From assembly GCF_006345805.1 (NCBI RefSeq), contig NC_043006.1:70742001-70806000 (forward strand): DNA of 64,000 nucleotides, written 5' to 3'. The DNA is from Octopus sinensis (taxonomy: Eukaryota). A program made the translations under genes and the position numbers. Below, piece after piece: positions 1-14,279 of the stretch (its first letter is position 1; each line of letters starts with the position of its first letter). The notes below the pieces were generated by a model, which saw nothing but the letters and a program-made list of their open reading frames with translations, was not told the origin of the DNA and did not search any database.

Positions 1-140
1 TTTTCCATGTTTCAAATGTGATAGCAACAATCCCAAACAATCACCCACTTCATTATCTTCACTTTCTTCTCTTTCCCAGTAACCACTACCACTATGGTTT
101 CTATAGAGTCAGATCTTCTTCACAAACCAATGATCTATTC

Positions 141-521
141 TTTTTATCTTGTTTCAGTCATTAGACTGTGGCCATACTGGAGCATCGTCTTGAATTTTTA
201 GTTAAACGAATCAACCCAGTACTTTCTTTTAAAAGCCTGGTACTTATTCTATCAGTCTGTTTGCCAAACTGCTAAGTTACAGGGATGTAAACACACCAAC
301 ACCAGTTCTCAAGTAGTGTTGGGAGCCAAACATAGACACACACACACATATACACACAACAGGTTTCCTTCAGTTTCCATCTACCAAATTCACTCACAAG
401 ACTTTGGGCGGCCCAAGGCTATTGTCCAAGGTGCCACACAGTGGGACTGAACCCAGAGCCATCTAGTTGGGAAGCAAACTTCTTTATTTCATTAAATTTG
501 CCACACAGCCATACCTGTGCC
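141..521 (-). mobile_element. tRNA-derived SINE, family B (representative copy)
   Basis: Head ggc(a)caggtatggctgtgtgg...gggttcagtccc, an internal (TG)n/(TA)n tract, and a tail cagtc..atgactgaaacaag. Many copies in both orientations, e.g. ~15470-15990, 24183-24610, 29590-29920, 39805-40145. Confidence 0.8.
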
Positions 522-707
522 TAGTGTTCTTGATAATTTTAAAGAGAGTAATATTGTTGTTAGTAACAAACAGACATGAGAAGACCATTTAACTGTCGCT
601 GGCGGGAGAATCTCTCCGAAAAATTGTCCATTTATATGCTTCCTCCATCTCTCAAATCTTTAATCAAAATTTTCCTCTCAGTTTGCACCCTCGCAAGCAC
701 TCACAAC

Positions 708-739
<32 letters not shown>

Positions 740-2729
740 ATTTGATCTACTTTTGTTTATCCTCAAGGATTGGTTATCAGCACCTCTTCTGTTTCCCTAC
801 AACCTGCTTAATTCTAACCATGTTCTCATTTTGGTGATACTGACCTTCATTCTTCAAAAACTTTTGCACACAAACCTCCTCCACATGTTGCTTAGGACCT
901 CACACTAAAACTTTCATTGCTTTCATAAAGAGAAACCTCAAAAATATCCACTCGTATGACCACAAAAGTGGTGATGGCAGCTGTGGTTGTGGTTGTGGTG
1001 GTGGTGGTGGTGGCGACAGTAGCAGTGAATGTGGTGGCAGCTGCTGCTGCTAACTGAGTAATGGATTAAGTCAACCACCTGAGTAGGCCACAGTGAGGTT
1101 GAACTCAGACCACAAGAAGCTGGAACAATTGCCACAAGGTATCTAGTCTGATGTTCTTAGAGTTATTCAAATACACTACCCTGGATTAGTACTCTGATTG
1201 GCAAACCTGCCTTCAGTTGGATTTCAACTCAGATGACAAAGAATCCTAACAGATACTGCAAGTCATCTTGCTCTAAGCCATTAATCCACTGCTCTGGATT
1301 GGTGTGTGTGTGTGGGGGGGGGGTTATTGACTCTGAAAGGATGAAGAGCAAATCTGACCTTGGTGGAATTTGAACTCAGATCACAGAGACTCATAACAGA
1401 TACTGCGAGGAATTCCCTCTGATGCTTTAATAACCCTGCGACAAATTAAGTCTACAGTCCATCTGACAATGAGCTTCTTTCCAGACAGATTACGTTGACT
1501 GGACTTTTAGTCGACCCCAAAAGTTGTAGAGGAAACACTTGCCTAAGATAACCACAGTGAAATTAAACCTTAAAACCACATGGTTGCCGAGTGATGTTCC
1601 TAACCACATAGCTACAACTGCACCCATTTCAACTCAGTACTGATGATTATAATTGGTTTATCACATCTAACTAGCTGGTTGGTGTAAAACTCAATGAACT
1701 TTCTATCCTAATGCGGAGCTGTTTCTCTCTCCCTCACTGCTTCCCTTATTGCTGGTTATTTCTCCTTCTTATATCATCAATATTTTCATCATTTTTCTTG
1801 TCCTTCTCTTCTTCACTTCCCAACTTTCCTTTCTTTTATTTCTCAATTTCCTTCTTCCTCATTCTGTATCTCCCATTATCACTAACCCTACCCATCTCCC
1901 CACTGAGTTCAACCTGCCAGCACCAGTTTATTATTATTTAATCAGGGTACCCCAATTATCGTTACACTTGGCTGTCTGTTTGTCCTTGGATGTGTATGTT
2001 TTACCATCATCACCATCACCACTATTATCATCATCATCATCACCACCATGGACACCATCATCATCACTACCATCACCATCAACACCATCACCATCAACCC
2101 CTCCATCACCATAATTATTGCTATCATCATCATCACTCCCATAGCCACAAATACCATTACCATCTTTATATAATCAATAGATCCGACCTGCTATAATCAT
2201 TGACACAGCATGTAAGGTTCTGCTACAGCAATAACTACTACTACTACTACTCTACTACCACCACCACTACCACTACTACCACTACATCCCTAGATGGATC
2301 AATGATGGAACCTCTATGTGGGTGTTCAATGTACTAGAAATAGCAGCGAAAATCTATATCACATTCCATCCAGCTGTCTTAGAAAAGGATTTGTTGAATA
2401 TCGTTGGTCCTGAGTATCTTATACATAAGAAGAATTCTGGATGGTCACAGCTGGAATGGCTTTGAACATGGATCTGCTTGATCATGGTTGACTTGGAGCT
2501 AAACAGCAACCCTCAACTCCACCCTCGCCAATATTTTCACACCAATCAGTTCAGGGCTTCTCTGAAAAAAAGAAAAAAAAAGTATTTAACAGGAATTAGT
2601 GGTGTGTGTATGTGTATGTTGAAGTGTGTCTGTGTTGAGATATGAATATGTATTGATGTGTTATAAAAAATTGAAATTTGATGCTGAAATTTAGTGAGTG
2701 TGTGGTAGGTGTGTGAACGTTGCAGCTGT

Positions 2730-3500
2730 ATACTACTGTGGAGGGGAGGGGGGTTGTGCATACATGCATACACACACATATATACACACATACACACACT
2801 CACCTATATACATACATGCACATACACATACATGCACAAACACACACATGCACATATATGTATCCATGTACACACTTGCATATATACATGCACACACACA
2901 CACACACTCATACACACATACATACACACTCGCATATATATACATACATACACACATATACACACATGCACATACATACATGCATACATACATACATACA
3001 CACATACATAAACACACACATGCACATATATATCCACACACACACACTCATACATACACACTTGCATATATACACGTGCACATATACACACATACATACA
3101 CAAACACACACATGCACATATATCCACACACACTCACTCATACATACATATATATACATACACACACATACATACATACATACATACACAATCTCATATG
3201 TACAATATGTATATCCACACACATATACACAAACACACACACATACACATATACAAAAGTATGTGCGTATGTATATATGTGTATGTTTGTTTAGTTCTGT
3301 GTCTCAGCTGCAGAAATATCTTCCACTAATCACCTTATCATACACACACACATGCGCATAATCCACACACACACTCACTTATACATATGTACATACACAC
3401 TCACATATACATACATACATATATACACACATACACTAATCACCAAAACCTGTTTTATTCCCCATCGTACACTTTTACTACGCCACACACACACACTGTA
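2730..3500. repeat. Long degenerate (CA)/(TA)/(CATA) compound microsatellite
   Basis: Visible directly in the sequence. It produces the H/T/Y/I and C/V/M/Y pseudo-ORFs. Confidence 0.95.
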
Positions 3501-5247
3501 ACATACTATACCACACACACACTCCATACCATTTAAAACCATGCCATACTACATCATACACTCTATGCCATACTACAGCATATGCTATTCTGTACATAAT
3601 TATACCATATTCCTTGACATACACTGTGCCATACTATACCTATTTCTTTACTGCCCACAAGGGGCTAAACACAGAGGGGACAAACAAGGACAGACAAATG
3701 GATTAAGTTGATTACATTGACCCCAGTACATAACTGGTACTTAATTTATCAACCCCGAAAGGATGAAAGGCAAAGTCGACCTCGGCGGAATTTGAACTCA
3801 GAACGTAACAGCAGACGAAATACCGCTAAGCATTTCGCCTGGCATGCTAACGATTCTGCCAGTTCGCCACTTTATGCCATACTATACCATACAAACACTA
3901 ACTTAGCTTTCCGTTGAGTGCAATGACAAGGGTTCCTGATGATTTGATCAACAGAACTGCCTGCTTGTGAAATTAATGTGCCAGTGGCTGAGTACTCCAC
4001 AGACATGCATACACTTAATGTAATTCTCAAGAAGATTCAGAGTGTGACACACCAAATGTGACATGGTTGGCTCTTTGAAATGCTGGTACATCTCATTTTT
4101 GCCAGCTGAGTGAACTGGAGCAATGAAAAATAAAGTGTCTTGCTCAAGAACACAAAGTGTTGCCAGGAATCGAACTCATGGCCTTATGATCATGGGCTGA
4201 ATACCCTAGCTAGTAGGCCTTGCACCTTCACATACACATTTTACACAATACTACACTGAAGGATCAACAGGGAATATCTGACTTGTTTGATCCATGAAAA
4301 TATTGACTCATTTTATTAAAAGTGTAACTGGGCCGAGTATTCCACAGTCATGTCTACCCTCAGTGTAATCGTGAAATAGAATCGACATGGCTTTGTGAAT
4401 GACAAGTGTGACCATTTCAATGACAGATTTATTGCATTCAATGGGCTTCCACACAGTTTCTGTTGATCCTGATTTGCTCACAGGGCTTAGGTTGACCTCA
4501 AGCTACTTAAATATAAAAATTCATACCCAAGCTACTGCAATGTGGGATCGAACTCAAAATATCATGATTACAAAGCAAACTTGTGAACCATTCTGCCATG
4601 TTGATAACCTATTACACAGTTTACTATGTTTATGATTGGCCATCACAATTGATGATGGCTATCTTCTTTGTTATCAGTGGATACTTGGGTGTCTGTACAT
4701 CACAAACCATGTTATTGTTTTACTGTTGATCCTTTCATGTCTCTGCTTGTTAACAAACAGCAGCTTCAGAGGATGAAGCTATGCAAGCAACCAGAGAGTC
4801 TTTATTGCTACCATTGTCTAAGCTACACCCTACTATATGCTCTTATACAAAGAAGCAATGGAAATGAGAGCATTTCATCCTCACGGAAACATGTGATACT
4901 CCGACTGCCTCAACAACAATGAACACTCCTCTTACCCAAGACTTATAATCCATTTAGCAGGAACAGATATCTATGCAAAGATATTTATACATACATACAG
5001 GGCTGTGGAGTCAGAGTTGTAGAGTCGGAGTCAGAAACAGTTAAGGGGTAGCTGGAGTCGGAGTCGGTAAAACTATACAGACTCCGACTCACAATATATT
5101 TATTCTTTAATATAAAGAGGTGGGAGCACATTTCCCTGTATCATTATCTCTACTGAGATAGATCCAGTGACAACAGTGATCCAAGATGACAAGGACTTCC
5201 TCTCCCAGCTGCTGGAGGCTACTGGAAATCCAGTCTGTTAGAAACTA

Positions 5248-5467
5248 CCTTCAGCATTTAGATTCTTCAGTCAAATGTAAAGCTTATTTATTCACATTGT
5301 TTTCAATTAATCATACATTTTCTCACAGATTTTGATATTTGAACAATGTGATTGTATATTCTTAGATTGGCATTGTAGGATAGGTGAAAGAGGCCAGATC
5401 TAGTCACCGAGAACATAAAACAGGTTGAATTATTTGGCCAGATATGTCTGGTTTAAATGCTAAAGGG
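5248..5467. mobile_element. piggyBac-like MITE (cccttTAGCATT family)
   Basis: Ends aaatgctaaaggg|ttaa. The body matches 33919-34437. Confidence 0.65.
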
Positions 5468-6054
5468 TTAAAGCTGACTGCCACACCTTGTTTTTCCCTC
5501 AGGGTGTGCTCCCCTACCACTTGTCTTTGTGGACTCACCCCACAAGATAGCAAGGCAGAGCAGAGAATTTATACCCACCACAGTTAAGGAATTCCTACCT
5601 ACTCCTCTCCTAGACAGATGTTCTGACAACAGTTAAGGGACCATCACTCCCAAAGGGGTCTTACATGTACTCATTCACCTTCTGAGTTATTTCTATATCC
5701 CTACCTGCTATTACTAAGTAGCTATTAACCCTATACTAGCAACAAATGCTACAATATATGACAGGCTCCTGGCAGAAACGTTAGCATGCCCGGAGAAATG
5801 CTTAGCTGTATTTCATCTGTTTTTATGTTCTGAGTTCAAATTTCACTGAGGTCAACTTTGCCTTTCATCCTTTCAGGGTCGATAAATTAAGTACCAGTTG
5901 CATACTGAGGTTGATCTAATCAACTGGCTCCATCCCCCAAAATTTCGGGCTTTGTGCCTAGAGTAGAAAAGAATATATGACAGGCTCAAAATGAAGCAGA
6001 GAACAACTTGCATTTAAATTCTGTGTATATTAAATTATCATTCATACATACATA

Positions 6055-6327
6055 CAGGGCTGTGGAGTCGGAGTCAGAAACAGTTAAGGGGTAGCTGGAG
6101 TCAGAGTCAGTAAAACTATACCGACTCTGACTCACAATATCTTTATTCTTTACTATAAACCAGTTATAACACATAGGCCTACTCAAAGTACAAGAGTATG
6201 CATATGCTTTATGAGATATGTAGACTACAATCACTTAATTACATAAAGAGGAGTCGGAATCAGAGTCAGAAGTGTCAACAGTAGAGGAGTCAGAGTCAAA
6301 GTTTTTTGTTTCGACTCCACAGCCCTG
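6055..6327. mobile_element. hAT-like MITE (CAGGGCTGTGGAGTC family) with 8-bp TSD
   Basis: TIRs cagggctgtggagtcg / cgactccacagccctg, with TSD catacata on both sides. Partial copies at 4998-5110, ~61795-61922 and ~63911-63990. Confidence 0.85.
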
Positions 6328-7591
6328 CATACATACATAAATACATACACACATACATATCTATGTATATATGTACATATGGAGATGCATGGACTCACAA
6401 TCGTAAGGTTGTGGTTTAAATTCCTGGACCAGGCAATGTGTTGAGTCCTTGAGCAAAACACTTCATTTCAATTTGCTCCAGTCCACTCAGCTGGCAATAA
6501 TGATAATCCTATGACAGGCCGGGTTCTGTCCTGGGAGGAATATGCACACCAGAGAAACCGGGAAACCAGCCCAATGCCACTTATGGAGTAGTGTGCACTA
6601 ACCAACAAACACACATACATACGTACGTACGTATCAGGGACATGCCACCTGGGTAGGCAAGGTAGGCAGTGCCTACCCTGAATAAAATAGATCGATAGCA
6701 ATATTTTCTTTTTATGGCAAAATATGCACCTACTTCAACAAAATTATGAAGGTTAATCTAATTACTATGCTTAAAATACAAAATATTTTATTTTTTTGTA
6801 GATTAGGTAGGCATAATTCGCCCCTCCCTTTCAATCTCAGTATTAAAGCTATGCATAGTATTGCTGTAGTACATGTGGTGCGTACATTCCTACAACAACG
6901 TTTTCTTTACGTACTATAAAACCTCCAATTCAGTCACGTGCCTGTTTCGCTTATTTTTTTTTTTTTTGTGTGTGCTTTACTACATAAATGTCACCAACTG
7001 AGTAATTACTGACGGCACATGCTTGGTACATATGTATGTATATTTGTGTGTGTGTGTGTGTGTAGTATAGAAACTTTATAGTGATAGTGTACTACAGGAA
7101 ATATTGTGTTGCCCCCTGGTCAGTTTAGTTCAAGTGAAACTGAGACACAGACGTAGTCATCTGAACAACTAGGCATGATCCACAGGTCATATTCCCAGTT
7201 ATATCAGCTCTTTTCTCAGTGAGGACCACACTACAGTCTATTTCTCTGCTCCTGCAGATACTGCAAGCTCCAGCATGTTGCAATGAATAGTATTGGTTAC
7301 AGTATGATGGTGGATAGTGGCATTTGAGAGTAAAGAACCAGGACCAATTTGATTTAATAGCCTGTCACTTCAGTCAGACTGTTACATTGTAGAAAAAGTG
7401 AATTCAACACTAAGCTAAGCTGTCAGGACTGACTCCATCAAACGCAGATTAGGGATCATCCTGTGGTTAGTTTAGGTAACATTGCCCCTGCTGAGGGACC
7501 AGTCCTGGAACGCCAGCATGTGTGTAATGTATATCTGTGTATGTATGTATGTAAGTTTGTGTGTGCATGTATGTTTATAGTATTATGTTGA

Positions 7592-7643
<52 letters not shown>

Positions 7644-8401
7644 AAATATTGATGCTGAACATAAGCATACATAACTGTATAACTGTGTATTATGCACTCA
7701 AACTCTGAATGTTTGATCACAGATATGAATTCCAAAATGGCGCCTTCCTGTCAATTATGCCAAATATCATTCCTTGAAAGCGGATTTCATTCTTTACTAT
7801 CACTACCACTGCCACATACCACTACTGCTACCCTATCCACCACACCCTTGTCCTCCCACCACCACTAATTAGACATCTCATGGGGTGGCCATGCAAGGAA
7901 CTGATTCTATTGATATCTATCTAATTTCCCCATGATGCTCTGCTGTCCTGCGTTAACAAACTGCTTAGCTATTTATCATATTGATACAGATATACACACA
8001 CACACATATATACACACATATATACATACATTCACACACACACACACATACATGCATGCATGCATATATATTGCTTCTGAGAGATCACAGATATACTTTA
8101 CATCTGTATATGCAGTATGTTGGAGTATTAAATGTTTGATTATAATTATAGAGACTCCAGAGACTATATTGGTTTTAAATTTTGGCACAAGACCAGCAAT
8201 TTTTTTTGGTGGGGTAAGTGGATTTCATTGACTCCCACGCTCAACTGGTACTTATTTTATCAACCCTGAAAGGATGAAAGACAAAGTCAACCTCAGCAGA
8301 TTTGAATTCAGAGCATAAACACAGACGAAAATCTGCAAAGCATTTTGTCCAGTACGCTAACAAATCTGCCAAATTGCCATTCTACACTAGAGAATGTATT
8401 G

Positions 8402-8689
8402 CAGTGGTTCCGAACATTTTCGGGTTGCCGCCCCTCCCCCCTCCCTCCCCCTCAACACCCAGGCCACATTCCTAGTACCCTCACCCCAACTAACCATCAC
8501 AAGCATAGACCACTTTCTGAAGCAAACTGTATTTCACAAATAAAACTTAACCTAATGAACCCATTACTTTGTTGTTTTTCCATGAATCGCCACCCCATTA
8601 TCATCCCAATTTTTCCATGAATCGCTACCCCATTGTCACCCCACCTTTCTTCAATGCCCCCTTGGAACTTTCCACTTGGGGAACCACTG
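8402..8689. mobile_element. hAT-like MITE with perfect 8-bp TSD
   Basis: TIRs cagtggttcc / ggaaccactg, with TSD atgtattg on both sides. Confidence 0.88.
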
Positions 8690-9390
8690 ATGTATTGAAT
8701 GCTCCTTTTCTAATCGTCCCACTGGTATTGTTCTTGACTCTAGAGATGGTATCGCCCACATTGTTTCCATTTGTTCCCCATGTCATCCTCCAGTTGTACT
8801 TGCCTATTTGTGATGTTACTATTTCATGAAGATCCCTACTTAGTACAGTTACACATTCACCACAGCCACCAAGTGAGTGCATCGGGATATTGGTCAAGTA
8901 TGTAGCTTCAAAACAACAGAAAAGTGAAATGAACAGAGGTTGTGATAGAAAATGAGTGTTACAAGATCTTGTAGGACTTCACCATAAAGATTGACCATAC
9001 TATTATGGCAGGAAGACGACCAGACATGGCTATAGAAGACAGAATAAACGAACAGACACCAAGGAGAAATTATGCTATGTTGCCCTTGACTTTGAGCAAA
9101 AAATGGCTACCACTCTTTCTTCATCACATCTTGAAAAGAGTTGTGAATTGCTTGAAGGCCAAGTTATCACCATTATGTATTGGAAGGTTTATGGGCTTGG
9201 TTCTCAGTGCCATGAAGGTAAAAATTATGGCTATCCTTGAGTGTATATGCTCTCCATTTTTGTGCTTCTCTTTCCACCTTCCAGTAGATGTGGATCAGCA
9301 AGCAAGAATATGATAAACCTGGTCCATCCGTTGTCCAGTGCAAATGCTTCTTCCAAGATGTTTACTTTCTTTCTAACCCATAATTATATA

Positions 9391-9425
<35 letters not shown>

Positions 9426-9426
<1 letters not shown>

Positions 9427-9640
9427 GGTGGTGAGCTGGCAGAATCATTAGCACGTTGGACAAAATGCTTAGCAGTATTTCGCCCGTCGCTCCAATCTGA
9501 GTTCAAATTCCACCGAGGTTCACTTTGCCTTTCATCCTTTCAGGGTCAATAAATTGAGTACTAGTGAAACACTGGGGTCGATGTAATCGACTCATCCCCT
9601 CCCCCAAAATGGCTGCCCTTGTAACAAAATTTAAAGCCAT
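9426..9640 (+). mobile_element. tRNA-derived SINE, family A (representative copy)
   Basis: Starts ggtggtgagctggcagaatcattagc directly after (TTA)n, with a B-box-like gagttcaaattcc. Many copies, e.g. 3643-3870 (-), 5765-5975 (+), 12180-12375 (+), 51640-52030 (+), 53060-53270 (-). Confidence 0.8.
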
Positions 9641-10879
9641 TATTATTATACATATACATGTGTATCTGCATATCTTAATAATTGTCTTACATAGGTTATC
9701 TTGGTCTAGATCTGTTCTTATTTGAAGCTGCTACTCTCCAAAAATGAATTGGGGACCACATCTCACTTATATGTTTCATTTTGGGCTTGGTTTCTATACA
9801 TGGATGTCCTTCCTAACACCAACTACCTTATATAGTACACTAGATGTATTTCGTCATGCCACAAACACTAGGGAGGTTGATAGGCTGATTACAGCAGGGG
9901 TCATATAAAATATTGATTGGACATGTTTGCAGGTTTTGGTAATGAGATATAATCAATTTGATCTCAGTGCATAACTGGTGCTTATTTTAGTGATCTCAGA
10001 AGGATGAAAGGTGAAGTTAGTCTTAAGCAAGACTTGAACTCAGACTGTTTAGAGTCATTACTAAATATTCTTTTTATACAAGGCCTGATATTTTGGGGGA
10101 GGAGGCCAGTTAATTAGATTGACCACAGTGCGCAACTGGTACTTAATTTATTGACCCTGAAAGGATGAAAGGCAAAGTTGACCTCGGTGGAGTTTTGAAC
10201 TCAGAACGTAAAGACAGACAAAATACCTCTAAGCATTTCGCTCAGCATGCTAATTTTTCTACCCACTTGCCACCCAATCATTAATAAATATTGCAAGGCA
10301 TTTTCGTCTGACCTTCTACTGATGTAGCCACACCACTGCTGAGGGTCAGTTGGACAAACTGTTGGCCAATTTTTTTTGTTTGGTTAACTACAGCTGTCCC
10401 CATGAGGGTACTCTACATGAGATGATTAGTACCACAGTCAGTCTGGGATCGTAGGGGTCACAGAAGATGTGATGTGCAAACTGGATAAGCAATGACAACA
10501 ACATTCTCTACATTTGCCATGTGCACTGCTGCATGCATGCATGCACACACACACACACACACATCTGTGCAGCTTTGATAACCCAACACATCAGTCCCAT
10601 CTGTACACTGTGTAAGGATGTGTTTATAGGGTGGGGGGAGTGCTTGATCTGATCTGTCCCCACTACCATTACCATCAATCAAGCTACTTCTTGCCACCCT
10701 TCCCCCACCGCTATTGCACCATGCCAGTACAGGATAGCTGACTGCTGCCTCACTGACCAGTCACCACTACCACCACCCACCTTAATGACGTCATTCCTGC
10801 TGAGTTATATGGATGAAGAGACCTTTTGTAAAGACTCTTGTCAGAACTGACTGACATTCAGCCACTGTTACATGTGTTT

Positions 10880-11400
10880 GTGTATGTATGCATCTATATA
10901 TATATATGCGTGTGTGTAATTATATATATGTATATATATATACACACACACACACACATATATATATATGTATATATATACAAATATATATATATATATA
11001 CAAATAGATAGAGATTATAGATATAGATATATATTTAGATATATATATATATACACATATATATATGCATATATACATATATATATATACATACATATAC
11101 ATATATATGTATATATATATATATATGCATATATTTATATTTGTTTGTATATATGTATATACATGTATATATATGTATATACATGTATATATATGTGTAT
11201 ATGTATATATGTGTATATGTATGTATATATGTGTATATATATATACACACACATGTATGTGTGTACATATATAAATATATGTGAATGTATGTGTATATCT
11301 ATAATATGTGTGTGTGTGTGTGTGTGTATACATACAAATATATATATATGCATATATACACATACATCTACACAAACACACACACACATACAGACTCAAC
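10880..11400. repeat. Long degenerate (TA)/(TG)/(CA) compound microsatellite
   Basis: Visible directly in the sequence. Confidence 0.95.
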
Positions 11401-12989
11401 ACACAATATTATATAATTAGTTCCAGCGTCTGTCCTCCAGCTGTATGTCATTTATGGAGATCACTACTAAAAGATATCAGTGAGGCCTAGGATTAGATCT
11501 TATCTCCTTTCTGATACCCACCCCACACTAATCACACAGGTCAAACCATGCTACCCTTCACCACCTGACTGTCTCAATAATATAAGCCCAACTTTGTCTG
11601 CTCAGTTCTAGTTTCTAGCCTCATTACGGAATGTCTAAGATTTCAGCAATGTTACCCTCTCATCTGTTCCTCTTGTCTGTATGAGATATTATCACCATCA
11701 CCATCACCATCATCATCATCATTATCATTATCATCATCCTCATCATCATCATTACGATGTCCCGTTTTCCTTGCTTGCATGGGTTGGACAGAATTTGTTG
11801 AGGCAGATTTATTACGGCCAGTTGCTTGCCCTGTCACCAACCTTCAGCCTGTTACCAAGTATGGCGATATTTCCCAATGACCAGATATGTTTTTCGTAGA
11901 AGATTGGAAACAAAAGCTCAACGTTTGCATAACAGTTGTAGATGACTGTTAAACTCACAACTACCACATAATATCAAGGCAAAGAGATAGGAACACACAC
12001 ACGTTGGTAGTCTCTCGAAGTCCAAGAAAGACGGTTCTTGCCGAGTAATCTGCATGAACGATTTGTTTATAGAGATCAAATGTATGCGCTGTACATTAGC
12101 GCATTCCATCCATCAAAATTCATGTTACCTGAGCATGTTCACAGTGCATTACACACCAGGTGTTGATGAGATCACAGAGCAAGGTGAAATGCTTAGCGGT
12201 ATTTCGTCTGTCTTTACGTTCTGAGTTCAAATTCCGCCAAGGTTGACTTTGCCTTTCATCCTTTCAGGGTCGATAAATTAAGTGCCAGTTGCGCACTGGG
12301 GTTGATGTAATCGACTTAATCCCTTTGTCTGTCCTTGTTTGTCACCTCTATGTTCAGCCCCTTGTGGGCAATGAAGAAATAATAAATTGAAATAAGCCTA
12401 TTGTGTGTGTGTGTAATTGTGTTTATCCACCACCACTAGCTGACAACCAGTGTTGGTTTGTTTACATCGCTGTAACTTAGCAGTTTGGCAAAAGAGAAAC
12501 AATATAGTAAATGCGAGGCTTGTCAAAATAATTAGTGGAGTTGACCCATTCAACTAAAACCCTTCAGTGCAGTGCACCAGCATGGCCACAGTCCAATAAC
12601 CAAAACAAATAAAAGAAAGCTCTATAATGTATCTGTTTAGTGAATGCATCTTTGTGTCGTTGAAGGAGACATAATTATTCTGTCCTTAAAGGGGAGCTGT
12701 TTTCAGTACTAGAAGGAATTGTGTGGGTCTACTACTGTGAGCTAATTTTTTTTTTATCTGTGTTAAATTATTTCACCTCATCTCTCTCGTTACTGTATCC
12801 TCTTCAGGCAAAGAGAGAGAGGGAGAGAAGGGATGAGAAAGTGAGAGCAATAATTTTTAGGTGGTGGTGGTGGTCGTGGTGGTGATGCTGGAGATTATAA
12901 TGTCAGGTTATGAAAATGGTATTATGTGTTTGTGTGTGTGTGTGTGTGCATTGTAGTGTGGTGGTGGCAGTGGCGGCGGCTAAAAGCAA

Positions 12990-13098
12990 AATTGTAGTTT
13001 AGCCATCCCCCACATTTGCTACTACCGCCACCACCACTTCATTCCTATCAAAGAACAGGAAACCAAAGAGATTTTTTTTTTTTTTTGTCGAGGTGAGT
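12990..13098 (+). promoter_or_regulatory. Candidate non-coding (5' UTR) exon end with consensus donor
   Basis: Non-repetitive sequence ending tgtcgAG|GTGAGT (donor at 13093-98). No ATG-led frame, and no clear upstream acceptor. Confidence 0.3.
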
Positions 13099-13816
13099 GG
13101 GAGGGAGGAACATTTGTTGAATTCCCACTGGAGAGGCTTGAGGAGTCTTTGATCTACTGTTGTATGGTGGAAGTGAACGTATGAGTGTGGGAGACCATAT
13201 GCACACGCATACAAACACACACGCACTTACGCATTTTGCAGTATGGTGTTACAGATACTAAAGTCTTTTAGCATACACACACACACACACACAGCAATGA
13301 AAAGGCTCTCTTTCTCTCTCTCTCTCTCTCTCCCCTTTTCCTCTAAATACACTCTCACACAGACCCACACATCTAAAAGTGTAATCATTACCCAGGTGTG
13401 TTAAGACCACGGTGGCATGCATGTAAACTGATTGTCTTTGCCAGCTTTGACTCTGCCTTTCACCCTTCCAGTGGAAGAATGGAATTGATTGAGTAAGATA
13501 CCAGTAATATATGTGGCACCTGTCTCCCACCCCTCCCTGTCCTACCCATGCCACCAGAATATGTGGCACTAGACCCCTCTTGTAAAAGTGGGGAATTGGC
13601 AGAACAGCTGGAGCCTCACTGTATTTTTTCCAGCTCTCTATGTTCTGAGATCAAATGCTGCCAAGGTTTATTTTACCTTTCATCTTTTGAGGTTGATAAA
13701 GTAAGTCAAGTCCTGAGACAATTTAATCAACTAACATCTTTCCTCTAAATCTCAGCCTCTCTAGCTATGTTAGAAACAGTTATTATTATAGATGTAGGCT
13801 TGGGTGTGTAGTTTAA

Positions 13817-14038
13817 CCCTTTCAGTACCAACCTGGCTGAAACTGCCTGTGGCTCTGTAGTACAAATGTCTTGTTTTCATAAGTTTTGAATTATAATCTT
13901 CCACCAAACCTTAGTCACAATTTGTGTTCCTAACACTAGCTTAATGTTAACTAAGTTATTTTACTAAATTCTTTGCTATTTTAAAAATTAATTGAAAGAA
14001 ACACAGAGCATCTCAACAGAAATATGGTAACAAAAGGG
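13817..14038. mobile_element. piggyBac-like MITE, copy 1
   Basis: TTAA|CCCTTT ... AAAGGG|TTAA termini. Confidence 0.85.
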
Positions 14039-14058
14039 TTAACAAATGATTGATTGAA

Positions 14059-14279
14059 CCCTTTTGATACCAACCCGGCTGAAACCACCTCTGGCTCTGT
14101 AGCACAAATGTCTTGTTTTCGAAAGTTTTGAATTAAAATCTTCCACCAAACTTAGTAACAATTTATGTTCCTAACATTAGCTTAATGATAACTAAGTTAT
14201 TTTACTAAATTCTTTGTTAAATTTAAACTTAATTGAAAGAAACACAGAACACCTCAAAAGAAATATGGTAACAAAAGGG
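14059..14279. mobile_element. piggyBac-like MITE, copy 2 (same family, adjacent)
   Basis: Colinear with copy 1 at high identity, 20 bp downstream. Flanks are tgaa / tcaa (degenerate TTAA). Confidence 0.8.

Noticed and set aside
2546-3361. Long overlapping ORFs rich in H/T/Y/I or C/V/M/Y (also at 10920-11490, 26955-27402, 30183-30586, 35472-35799, 54835-55606)
   Set aside because: They are translations of (CA)/(TA)/(TG) microsatellites, which lack stops in several frames.
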